In this document: positions 23,801-47,160 of the stretch, piece by piece
Position numbering within the stretch: position 1 is the first letter of the stretch
How the letters are laid out: each line of letters begins with the position of its first letter
Assembly (NCBI RefSeq): GCF_964194155.1
Contig: NC_135900.1
Span: 10,912,001-10,976,000, forward strand
Length of the DNA: 64,000 nt
Reading direction: 5' to 3'
Origin: Cetorhinus maximus
Lineage: Eukaryota
The notes under the pieces: generated by a model
The model's input: only the letters and a program-made list of their open reading frames with translations
The model's database searches: none
What the model was told of the DNA's origin: nothing
Program-made: the position numbers and the translations under genes

Positions 23801-26594
23801 TCTATGCCCACCCCCGTACAACCCCCCCAATGGGGAAAATTCTACTCTGGGAGCTAGATTAATTATGGGATTTAGCAGTTATCATGGTAGTAATTTGTAG
23901 ACCTATGTATGTGCTTAAAATGATTTCAATTATTAATAAATGCTTAATTTAGTTTTGTAAAAAAACCTCTAAGACTCGGTCTTATTACTACTGAATTCAA
24001 GGCACGCATCTTGAAATAAAAATACAAATTGCAAAATAGTTGTGGCAGCTGTTTCAAGTTTCCCTCTGGGATTTGAACAGGTTAGCATTTACCATCCACT
24101 GTGCCATAACAATTATCACAAGTACCTAAATGTTGTAAGGCAAGAAACCAATAAACATATTCTCATCATCTCTGTAATGTCTTTCTTTTATTCTTTCACG
24201 GGATGTGGGCATCGCTGATAGGCCAGCATTTATTGCCATCCCTAATTGCCCTTGAGAAGGTGGTGGTGAGCTGCCTTCTTGAACCGCTGAAGTCTGTGTG
24301 GTGTAGGTATACTCAGTGCTGTTAGGAAGGGAAATCTACCCATTAGAGAAACATTGAAATGGCCAATTTCTACAAAACTGGCCCTGAAGTGTGGTACGAC
24401 ACCATGGGCTTGATTTTCAATCTGGGTTTGGGAACTCCATAACAAAAACAGAATTACCTGGAAAAACTCAGCAGGTCTGGCAGCATCGGTGGAGAAGAAA
24501 TCAGTCAACGTTTCGAGTCTTCATGACCCTTCGGCAGAACTTCTGCCGAAGGGTCATGAAGACTCGAAACGTTGACTGATTTCTTCTCCACCGATGCTGC
24601 CAGACCTGCTGAGTTTTTCCAGGTAATTCTGTTTTTGTTTTGGATTTCCAGCATCCGCAGTAGCTTCTAGCTTTTTGTTTTTATCTTTGGGAACTCCATG
24701 CCTGGATCATTTTTGGGTCCGGTTTCTGTGGCATTCTGCATCACTGAGGCATTACTATCTTTCAAATCCAGATCCCCCAGTTGGACCAGAGACAAGTTTG
24801 ACACGCAATTAATGGTGCAGAGTGCTACAAGGAGGTGGAAGCTGACTGCTGAGTATAATCCTCAAAGGCAGATGACAGCCAGGACTGGGCTTGCCTCTGC
24901 CTTGCAGAATAGAGGAGACAGAAAATCAGAGGGCTCGCAGCCTCTCAGCAGAGAGAAGTGGCCAAATGCCAACAAAAAATTACTGCACTTGATCTGAGCC
25001 AATAACCCTTTTTGGCAAAATGTTTACTTCAGATAAATATGATTTGATGGCTCCCCTACATTGTGCCCAAAAGCTGTGCACTAATATGCTCCAGAATGTT
25101 TGGTCTGCCAATCTGCGACTTGAAACTTATCTTCTAGCCCTCCCCAGCCCATTACCCAGCTCCTCAAGGAGTTTAAAAGGCAATTAATTGGAGGTAAGTG
25201 GATTCCTAATTTCCCCACCCGCCCTTGCTTTGAAAATACCAGCACACCCCAGAGGCATCAGGACACTGACATGCCATCCAGAGTGGCATTTTCAAAGTGT
25301 GCTCGCAGCCAATCTTGCCCCCATGGTGATTGAAAATCAAGCCCCATGATGTTCAACCCTGATTAGGGATTCCACAGATAGAGGAGGCTTTGCACATTCC
25401 ATTGTGCTTCAACACTACTGACATGAATAGCGAAGAGATGGACCTTTTCTTCAACATACTCCCCATTTCATTGGCTAAAATAACATGGCAAACAAACTTC
25501 ACGTTATTAATTCAACTTAATAAAATTTTGTTCAATGTTTTCTTTTCTCTTTGATTTGATAATGTAATAATGTAATGATTGAGGAATGAATCTAACAACA
25601 GTAAACTTTCCCAAGTCCAATTTCAAACAATGACGGGAAGTTATTTTTCAGTATATTGACTGAAGAATAACCTCTAATCTGTGTCCTTGAGGAAGAGGTT
25701 GTTTCAATAACACAAGTAGCCAATTGTGTTAAAAGCTGAGCCAAGAACAGAACTGTAGTTGACCTTATTACAAGATCACACGATAAGCTTACCTGTTTGC
25801 AAAGGAACTAAATCCATGGGATACAACTTGTCAATGACATCACTACAGTTTTTCAAAACTGCTTCTCCTAATTCTTCAACTGTCCTAAAAATTTTGACAG
25901 GTAATCCTTTATTGACTATCTTTTCCTTCAGCTCCCTCACTCTCCGTTCCTCATAATGATCTCTGTGGTTATATTTACTCGCTATCATTTCCCTTTTATC
26001 TTGTGGGACATGCAAAAGTATATCATCGACATACTGGGAATCTCGGAAATAAAAGAAGCTGAACACAGAGTCATTCAGTAAAGCTGCTTCAGTTATCTCG
26101 AGCTCTAGCAGACTGCAGTTTTTGTATTCTTCGCGCAATATCCAAGAGTAACCGTTTCTTGCTGCGATATGAATATTCCTTTCTACCTTGGATAAAGCTT
26201 CCATATCCATTCTACCCGCTGGAGAGCACTCTGCATCTGGTGGGCAATACTCACCATATTTCTGACCTAACATGCATATGAAGAAAGGTGAGCATTTTGA
26301 GATGAAGTCTAGTGAAACCTTTAGCTGGTGGGAATCTGTGCTCTGGCGATGGCTTCCTTCGTGTGATGTCCACTGCATATCTAATACTTTAAAGCAGCTT
26401 CTTCTGGTGTTACAGAGTTCACTTAGAAGAGGAAAAATATCATTTTCCAAATAGTTTCTTTCCTCTTGAAAATCCTCACATGTTGAACAGAGATATACCT
26501 GAATGGGTGGTCGATAGGTGAAATCTGGGTGGCATGTAAGACATTCACTTTCCTCTGTCTTGGATTTGCTCTGTCTTTTTATACATTCATTCAT
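11872..26594 (-). CDS. TTC41: TTC41-like protein (DUF4062-like N-terminus + STAND/NACHT-type P-loop NTPase), 5' part; further exons not found in the window
   Basis: Phase-consistent GT-AG exons 26594-25793, 18210-17988, 15006-14792, 13624-13461, 12322-11872 (~618 codons, no stop); PPIQVYLCST..DFQEERNYL, SPFFICMLGQKYG, Walker A CGEKGCGKST, Walker B CVLVLDGADQL, FSWLPWPLPAQCKLIVTT; head-to-head with HSP90B1 like mammalian TTC41. Confidence 0.85.
12712..13395. mobile_element. Decayed Harbinger-type MITE
   Basis: GC-rich island with termini aggcaaactttt / aaaaatcttgccc. Confidence 0.45.
14098..14251. mobile_element. 154-bp Harbinger/Tourist-like MITE
   Basis: TIRs gggtagaactt / aagttctgccc; TTA target-site duplication at 14095-14097 and 14252-14254. 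Confidence 0.75.
15050..16705 (+). mobile_element. CR1 LINE fragment (decayed ORF2 + 3' tail)
   Basis: DKAPGPDEMHPRILKE, NYRPVSLTSVV, SQHGF..SCLTNLLEFF, LERVQKRFTRMVPGM; tail gattctgtgatt. Confidence 0.9.
16925..17260 (+). mobile_element. tRNA-derived SINE-like repeat
   Basis: A/B-box-like head; shares ggcagg..taagagcaggaga..cagcca core with 47400-47640. Confidence 0.5.
18676..22710. mobile_element. PIF/Harbinger DNA transposon (decayed) with convergent Myb/SANT gene (+) and HARBI1-like transposase remnant (-)
   Basis: + strand spliced Myb/SANT remnants (SDASLGRLLDTVEA..AWE.VA..VSA..RTATQYRKRMNDL, donor 19180; DKLA..RERSQTGGG; acidic S/T/P-rich exon from ~20000); - strand GDLCKILQASMHKCIQEVTDAIF at 21002-21196; ends gggcggaat / atgtccgacc followed by TAA. 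Confidence 0.85.
19690..19994 (-). repeat. 305-bp duplicate of TTC41 exon/intron sequence 18047-18347 inside the Harbinger element
   Basis: Manual alignment: 10 substitutions plus one 4-bp insertion; acceptor AG retained at 19855-19854. Confidence 0.95.
23169..23218. repeat. Perfect 25-bp tandem duplication
   Basis: aaaattattctaatttattgtaaag x2. Confidence 0.9.
23590..23850 (-). mobile_element. MITE fragment related to 4031-4841
   Basis: Reverse complement of the gggcgggccaattaaggccc / aagagagcaggaatctcc segment. Confidence 0.6.
24406..25344. mobile_element. Harbinger-type MITE with perfect 17-bp TIRs
   Basis: GGGCTTGATTTTCAATC at 24406 and its reverse complement ending 25344; 3-bp TSD CAT on both sides. 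Confidence 0.85.
24441..24685 (+). mobile_element. Penelope-like pseudo-LTR fold-back insertion
   Basis: 99-bp perfect inverted arms 24441-24539 / 24541-24639 plus ~46-nt tail; 14-bp TSD tttgggaactccat; same sequence as the pLTR at 46220-46368. Confidence 0.9.
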
Positions 26595-28057
26595 TGTTGA
26601 AAATTTTAGAATATTTTCTTAAGTTTTTTTTGTATAAAGAATGATCACTGTTTTCAGTTTTTTTTATCTTCTAATTCTAGTGACTTTTCCCTAAAATTGT
26701 AGAACGTACAAATGGAATTACATACAGCCATCTTATTTATGTATTCACGTTCATTAGCTTCTGCAACACTTCCACTGGAGATGTGAAATAAGCATGGTTC
26801 TTTGAATGGGTTCAGAATTCCTTACATAATAACTTGTGTTCCATGTTGCTGATGACTTCAGCTTCTTCAAAGTTACTAAAATAGAATGGAAATTTGTGTT
26901 TTAAGAAATCAGCGCAAATGGAAAAGGCTCATCTTTCCAGTTTTCACAGAACTGTGTATTCCATTTCAACATAAATAAAGTGCTTTGGAAAAAGACAGCT
27001 CATTCTTTAATTACATAAGAACTGAAGAATAAATCCCTTGAGCCTGCTCACCATTTAATAAAACCATAACTCATCTTTGGCCTCAACTCCACTTTCTTGT
27101 CCTAATCCCATATTTCTTGATTTCCTTAGTATCTAGAAATCTCAATAAACTCAATAACTGAACATCCACAGTTCTCAGGTGCCAAATGAATAGACAATTC
27201 ACACGCGCTCAACATTCGTGTTGCAAATCAGCTCTGGTTATACTTCTTCAAATCTCCTTGCTGTTTTAAGTGCAGGTACTGACATCTCTGCATAAATGCA
27301 TCTTAACATCTCTGCAACAATGCCTTGCCACAGAATCATAGAACCTTACAGCAGATTCAGCCCATTGTGCCTGGAGAAATGGGAGCACCATAGAGAGTAC
27401 GCCATTCAGCCTTTTGGGTCTGCCCTTCCCCTTTCAATTATATTATTGCTGGTGTGAAAGATAATGACAGAGCTCCTTCAGAAGCTTCACAAACAGTTCT
27501 TGGAAACTTGCAAACACCCAATCAAACTATTATTCTGAAAGGCTTTGGAACTCCACTGATTGAATCAACACCAAAACCATGAGGAAATCTCTGCAAAGCA
27601 AAACTGGATTGAACGTCTGAGCATAAGTTAGAAAAACAAGGTGCACCATATTGAACTCATTGTGGAGAATTATGACTGCTTTGTTCATCTTATCAGAGCT
27701 CCTGAGGAATACTGTATCCCCATCTCCCTCTACCCCCTTATAGTCCTTACTGGCAGCTAGAGGCAGAAGCACTCCGCAAACATTTCTGAGCTAAGCTGGT
27801 TAAGAGAGAATCTGGGGGGATCATTCTTCACATAAAGCCTTATAAAAATGCAGAGTGACCTGTCTCAGATGCCTACCTGACATCTGTCACAGCACCTTCA
27901 TATGATTACAATAAACGTGCTGCCTTGTTGAAGAAATTATCCAATTTAGTCCCACACCCCAGCCTTTTCCCCATAGGCTTGTAAATTAGTTCCCTTCAGA
28001 CAAGTGTGCATTTGCTTTATAGAAGTCCTAATGGGTTCTGATGCTTTGTTTCTGCTG

Positions 28058-28870
28058 TGGCTCAGCTTGTAGCATCCTTGCCTCTACGTTAAAAGGTAAT
28101 GGGATCAAGTCCCACTCCACAGATTTAAGCAAAAACACACCAGCGAAGTAGTAAGGGAGCATTGGACTGTCAGAGGTGCTGTCTTTCGGATGAGGAAAGA
28201 TTGAGGAGACTGGGCCTGTATTCTCTAGCGTTTAGAAGAATGGGAGGTGACCTCATCGAAGTATACAAAATTCTTACAGGGCAGGAAGGATGTTTCCCTG
28301 GTTGGTTGGTTGGTTAGTTGGTTGGGGGGTTGGGGGTCTAGAGCCAGGGGACACAATCTCAGAATAAGAAGTAGGCAATTTAGGATTGAAATGAGGAATT
28401 TCTTCAGTCAGAGGGTGGTAAATCTTTGGAATTCTGTACCCCAGAGGGCTGTGGAGGCTTAGTAATTGAGTATGTTCAAAGCAGAGATTGATGGCTTTCT
28501 GGATACCAATGACATTAAGGGATACGGGAATCGTGCGGGAGGATGGGGTTGAGGTAGTAGATCAGTCATAATATGGTTAAATGGCAAAGCAGGCACGAGA
28601 GGCCAAAGGGTCTACTCCTCCTGCTACGTTCCTATGAGACATCGAACTGAGACCCTGTCCGCCCTCTCAGGTGGCCAAAGAACAGAGGAGTCATCCTTCG
28701 TGTCCTGACCAACATGTCTCCCTCAAACAACATCACCAAAAAAAAAACCCAGATTATCTGCTCACATTGCTGTTTGTGGGAGCTTGCTGTACGTAAATTG
28801 GCTGCCCTGTTTCCTCCTACATGATGGGATAGTGACTACACTACAATGGTACTCCCTTTGTGCTTTGGGC
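28058..28870 (+). mobile_element. tRNA-headed DeuSINE-type SINE interrupted by a CR1 3' fragment (~28195-28638)
   Basis: tggctcag..gggatcaagtccc head; cacattgctgtttgtgggagcttgctgt..aaattggctgcc core; atgag flanks the CR1 piece. Confidence 0.7.
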
Positions 28871-29295
28871 TCTCCAGTTTCCCCCCCACTTGTCGTTACG
28901 TTCCTCAGATTAAAACCATGAACTAGATGATTTCAGTTTACTTTGAATCCATCGGCTCAACACCCTCAAGCTTTTTTTTTTGTTAAACAACTCACCACGA
29001 CCCAGAGTCGTTCCCGTCCTGTCCAGGCTCCGGAGCTTCGCCAGTCTCCATCGCAACCGTCTCCAAGGCCCGTTACCAGGGTAAACGACCCGGAGAACCA
29101 GGACAGAGGAGCACCCCCCCTCCCCCCGGAAGCAAATCACAGCAGCTCCTTAAAGAATAAGAGACACTCCTTTTTTAAAAAATAATAATAAATGATGCCA
29201 ATCAGTGTACAATTGCACCCCCTTCCCTTAAAATTAAAAAACACATATTTTTGGCACGAGAAACGATAGGTTTCAGCTTTGACCCCCTGGCTCCA

Positions 29296-29314
29296 CCAAT
29301 TAGGACGAGCCACG
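29296..29314 (+). promoter_or_regulatory. ER stress response element (ERSE)
   Basis: CCAAT-taggacgag-CCACG, exact CCAAT-N9-CCACG consensus upstream of HSP90B1. Confidence 0.9.
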
Positions 29315-29335
29315 CTCTCGACGTAGGAGATGGTA

Positions 29336-29354
29336 CATGGAAGGCGCTGATTGG
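29336..29354 (-). promoter_or_regulatory. ERSE-like element (CCAAT-N9-CCATG)
   Basis: catgg-aaggcgctg-attgg; one mismatch to consensus. Confidence 0.6.
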
Positions 29355-29399
29355 CGGGGCGGCTCCGGCCGCCGCGCCTGATTGGCGGGCTGCGTTTTG

Positions 29400-29418
29400 C
29401 GTGGTGAGCTGCGATTGG
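29400..29418 (-). promoter_or_regulatory. ERSE, reverse orientation
   Basis: CGTGG-tgagctgcg-ATTGG, exact consensus on the minus strand. Confidence 0.9.
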
Positions 29419-29597
29419 CCGTCCGTCGCCCCGGCCCCCCCCACCTCTCCCCCTCCCCCCGCTTTTATTGAAGAATCCAAGTGAAGCGGCGAGGAGAAAA
29501 CTCGGCTCAATCTCCCAGAGAGGACGCGCGGTAGCCCCGGGGGGTAGGGAAAGATCAGTCGGAAAGCTCAGGGCCTCTCTCCTCTCCTCTCCTCACC

Positions 29598-43104
<13,507 letters not shown>

Positions 43105-43314
43105 GAATTAGACTACAATTTACACTGGGGAGGTGTAAAATATTGGGACAAGAAACCATTGAACAGGATGTTGAACAAACAATTCACTTATCCCTATTAA
43201 AAGGTCTGGGAGGGCAAAGGAGTTTTGTATGTTACTTGCATTCCTTCAAGTGAAATGACTGTAAATTTGTAATATTTAAAATGACTTTCTTGTGAAACTT
43301 GTCATGTAAACCAT

Positions 43315-43320
43315 AATAAA
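43315..43320 (+). terminator. Candidate polyadenylation signal of HSP90B1
   Basis: AATAAA ~210 nt after the stop codon. Confidence 0.6.
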
Positions 43321-45281
43321 ACTTTTCCACAAACTTGTTCAAGCTTGATTTAGGTTTCATATTGTACAATTTTAAGATATCAATTTTAGTTGAAACAATT
43401 TTTTTGGGGTGTGGGTGGAAAGGAAGTGTTTCCCTATACATGTTGCCAGGATTTTTAAAAAAATGGTACGGGCTGAAATTTTTCTCAAAAGGTACAAAGC
43501 TGAGGGCCTGGATAGTGGATGGGAAAGGCTTTTATTTGCTTTAGCAGAAAGATCAATGACTAGGGGGCATAAGATTTAATGATTGGTAGAAAGATTAGCA
43601 ATGTGGATTTTTTTCATAGGGTTCAGGGTAGTAGATTAGAAATGTTCAACTCAAGGTGTCAGCATAGGCACCTAAAGTGCTGTAATAAGCAGAGCTAGAC
43701 CAAATACTGGAAAGTGGGGTAGGCCAAGTGACTTCTGCTAACTTTCCAAAATTCTAACTTCGCCTTTTGAATAAGTAGGTAATAAGATTGTAGCCTTGTC
43801 ACTTTCATAAGAGTCCATTGAGCATCAAGCTGTATGGCTAGTAATCTCTAACTTGGAGTAAGGATTTTCCTCTTGCTAGAGGCTGAATATTTGTCATTCA
43901 CAATCAAATGTAGTATTGGCACTTCAGGACAAACTGGATAGCTTTACCAATCACCTTGGTAATTTTTTTCCTCTTCTAAGTGTTTGGATTAACCAGTTCA
44001 ATTAAATCTGTTGGCACAACTCTGCCTTCCAGAACACAACTTTCCACTTAAGTTTCCTTATGTTGCTTGGATCTCTTCCAGTTAACTTAAATCTGTAGTG
44101 TTGCAGTGGTATTGATTTTCATATTGTTTTGTGTAGGAAGAGATCTTAAACTCTCCACTCCCAAGTACTTTTTATTCTTAACTGTCAATAGTAAAATGTA
44201 TTATAGATTTTCCTCTAGTGACATCCCAGTTCTTCAGAAGATGGGTTTTTAACTCATTTCAACTAGAATCCTGCAAGTTGCCTGTTAGTTTCAGAGTATG
44301 ACCAGATCTGAAGATGAGTTTATAGGTTTTTAAACTTGCATTAGTCAAAATTTAAGGAATTATTGTCTGAAGTGCTTGTTTAAGCCCACTTGAGTAATCA
44401 GGAACATGAGGTAAGCCAGAGTGGCAACTTATTGATCTGCCTGCCTTGCTGGGACAATTATTCCACAAGCTGAACTGAGTCATTCATAACAAAAACAGAA
44501 TTACCTGGAAAAACTCAGCCCAACCGTGTCCGGCCTATCTCCCGTGCATCCGCCCTCATGCCTTCTCCCAGAAACATGATAGGGTTCTCACTTATCACCC
44601 CACCGGCCTCCACATTCAAAGGATCATCCTCTGCCAACTCCAGCATGATGCCACCACCAAACACATCTTCCCTTCACCCCCCCCCCCACCGGCGGCATTC
44701 CGTAGGGATCATTCCCTCCGGGACACCCTACTCCTCAACCCCCACCTATGGCACCTCCCCATGCCCACGCAGAAGATGCAACACCTGCCCCTTCACTTCC
44801 TCTCTCCTCACCGTCCAAGGGCCCAAACACTCCTTTCAAGTGAAGCAGCATTTCTCATTTCCCCTTAGTCTACTGCATTCGTTGCTCCCAATGCGGTCTC
44901 CTCTACATTGGAGAGACCAAACGTAAACTGAGCGACTGCTTTGCTGAACACCTGCAGTCTGTCCGCAAGAAAGACCCAAACCTCCCTGTCGCTTGCCATT
45001 TTAACACTCCACCCTGCTCACTTGCCCACATGTCTGTCCTTGGCTTGCTGCATTGTTCCAGTGAAGCCCAACGCAAACTGGAGGAACAGCACCTCATCTT
45101 CCGACTAGGCACTTTACATCCTTCTTGACTGAATATTGAATTCAACAACTTTAGATCTTGAACACCCTCCTCCGTCCCCACCCCCTTTCCGTTTCTTCCC
45201 CCTCCCTTTTGTTTTTTCCAATAATTTATATAGATTTTTGTTTTCCCACCTATTTACATTATTTTTAAATCTATACCTGTA

Positions 45282-45848
45282 ATGCCCTGTCAGTCTTTCC
45301 ACCCCACCCCCACTAGAGCTGTACACATCTTCCCTTCACCCCCCCCGACGGCATTCCGTAGGGATCGTTCCCTCCGGGACATCCTGGTCCACTCCTCCAT
45401 CACCCCCTACTCCTCAACCCCCACTTATGGCACCTCCCTATGCCAACGCAGAAGATGCAACACCTGCCCCTTCACTTCCTCTCTCCTCACCGTCCAAGGG
45501 CCCAAACACTCCTTTCAAGTGAAGCAGCATTTCACTTGCATTTCCCCTAACTTAGTCTACTGCATTCGTTGCTCCCAATGCGATCCCCTCTATATTGGAG
45601 AGACCAAACGCAAACTGGGCGACCGCTTTGCAGAACACCTGCGGTCTGTCCGCAAGAAAGACCCAAACCTCCCTGTCGCTTGCCATTTTAACACGCCACC
45701 CTGTTCTCTTGCCCACATGTCTGTCCTTGGCTTGCTGCATTGTTCCAGTGAAGCCCAACGCAAACTGGAGGAACAGCACCTCATCTTCCGACTAGGCACT
45801 TTACAGCCTTCCGGGCTGAATATTGAATTCAACAACTTTAGATCTTAA
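45282..45848 (+). CDS. Penelope GIY-YIG endonuclease domain (C-terminal fragment of the element ORF)
   Basis: CQRRRCNTC Zn motif; NLVYCIRCSQCDPLYIGETKRKLGDRFAEH; VACHFN; GTLQPSGLN. Confidence 0.85.
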   Translation: MPCQSFHPTPTRAVHIFPSPPPTAFRRDRSLRDILVHSSITPYSSTPTYGTSLCQRRRCNTCPFTSSLLTVQGPKHSFQVKQHFTCISPNLVYCIRCSQCDPLYIGETKRKLGDRFAEHLRSVRKKDPNLPVACHFNTPPCSLAHMSVLGLLHCSSEAQRKLEEQHLIFRLGTLQPSGLNIEFNNFRS

Positions 45849-46218
45849 ACTCCCCCCTCCCCCCATCCCCACCCCGTTTCTCCCCCCTCCCTTTTTTTTC
45901 AATAATTTATATAGATTCTTCTTTTCCCACCTATTTCCATTATTTTTAAATCTAAAACTAAAACTTTTTTAGTCTTTCCATCCCACCCCCACTAGAGCTG
46001 TACCTTGAGTATCCTGTCTTCCATTCTTAATTAGCACTTTTCTCAGACAATATCACCACCTTCAACACCTCTTTGATCCTTTTGTCTGTGACATCTTTTG
46101 ATTATCTGCTCCTATCACACTGCTTGCTTATCTCCACAATCACCACACCCTCAACTTCTCTCTCCCCCCGCCCCCACACCTTAGACCAGCTTATATTTCA
46201 CTTTTCTCCTAACTATAC

Positions 46219-46261
46219 TCAGTTCTGCCGAAGGGTCATGAAGACCCGAAACGTTAACTGA
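46219..46261 (+). ncRNA. Minimal type-I hammerhead ribozyme motif, variant core CUGCCGA
   Basis: Stem I UCAGUU/AACUGA; CUGCCGA-A; stem II GGGUC-AUGAA-GACCC; GAAA; palindromic ACGU helix III; lies in a Penelope pLTR. Confidence 0.7.
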
Positions 46262-46571
46262 TTTCTTCTCCACCGATGCTGCCAGACCTGCTGAGTTTTT
46301 CCAGGTAATTCTGTTTTTGTTTTGGATTTCCAGCATCCGCAGTAGCTTTTAGCTTTTTGTTTTTATCTCTGTACCTTGAGTGTCCTGCCATCCATTCTTA
46401 ATTAGCACATTCTCTTAGATAATATCACCACCTTCAACACCTCTTTGTTCCTTTGTCTGTGACATCTTTTGATTATCTGCTCCTATCACTGCTTGCTTGT
46501 CCCTACAACCACCGCCCCCCACCCCCCCAACTTAAACCAGCTTATATTTCACCCTTCTCCTAATATTACTC

Positions 46572-46610
46572 AGTTCTGTTGAAGGGTCATGAGGACTCGA
46601 AACATCAACT
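46572..46610 (+). ncRNA. Second minimal hammerhead-like motif, core CUGUUGA
   Basis: AGUU-CUGUUGA-A-GGGUC-AUGAG-GACUC-GAAAC-AUC-AACU in the second pLTR. Confidence 0.55.
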
Positions 46611-47160
46611 CTTCTTCTCCACCGGTGCTGCCAGAACTGCTGATTTTTTCCAGGTAATTCTGTTATTGTTTTGGATTTCCAGCATCCACAGTAGTTTTTT
46701 GTTTTTATCTCTGAGTCATTCATAACCCCACTGGTTGAGTCTAGGATAATTTAGTTACCCTTTTTTTCATCTTGCAAAGCTAGTTTCTCATTCCAATGTC
46801 AGCACAAGTAATCAAGTTCATATCACATGTATAAACCACTTTTGTGCTTTATAAATATTTGACCTTCAAATGTAGGTCTGGCATATTAAGTGCATTTCCT
46901 TTTTACTTCCAATGCAAGGAAAATTAAAGTTATGGGAGATGGGTGTTACAGTTCTGCTTTTCTGCAGTTAGGTGGTGCAAGAATTATACTAGTTTATTTG
47001 ATCCTTATAGAAATGGTTCATGCAACACCAGCCTTTGAACAGTTTAATAGCCCAGTAAAGAATCTTAACATGTTAATCATGCCCACATTTTTAAATATAG
47101 ATCTGTCATGTCATCTACATTTAAATAAATTCAAGTTGGATCATAGCTGTCCCATATACT

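Larger units (their letters stand above)
44488..46710 (+). mobile_element. 5'-truncated Penelope-like retroelement with tandem GIY-YIG remnants and two pseudo-LTRs
   Basis: TSD ctgagtcattcat (44475-44487, 46711-46723); short inverted pLTR at the 5' end; GIY-YIG copies ~44700-45160 and 45282-45848; pLTRs ending 46368 and 46710. Confidence 0.92.

Noticed and set aside
24441-24639. Pre-miRNA or TIR-type MITE interpretation of the long hairpin
   Set aside because: The sequence matches the Penelope pLTR at 46220-46368, with an asymmetric tail and a long TSD typical of Penelope insertions.
26726-26875. Possible separate 5' UTR exon of TTC41 (GTATGT donor at 26725)
   Set aside because: The implied intron to the next acceptor (~26691) would be only ~35 nt; not supportable without transcripts.
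45282-45848. Stand-alone GIY-YIG homing endonuclease or domesticated nuclease gene
   Set aside because: It is the truncated C-terminus of a Penelope ORF within a TSD-bounded insertion and lacks its own promoter or start context.
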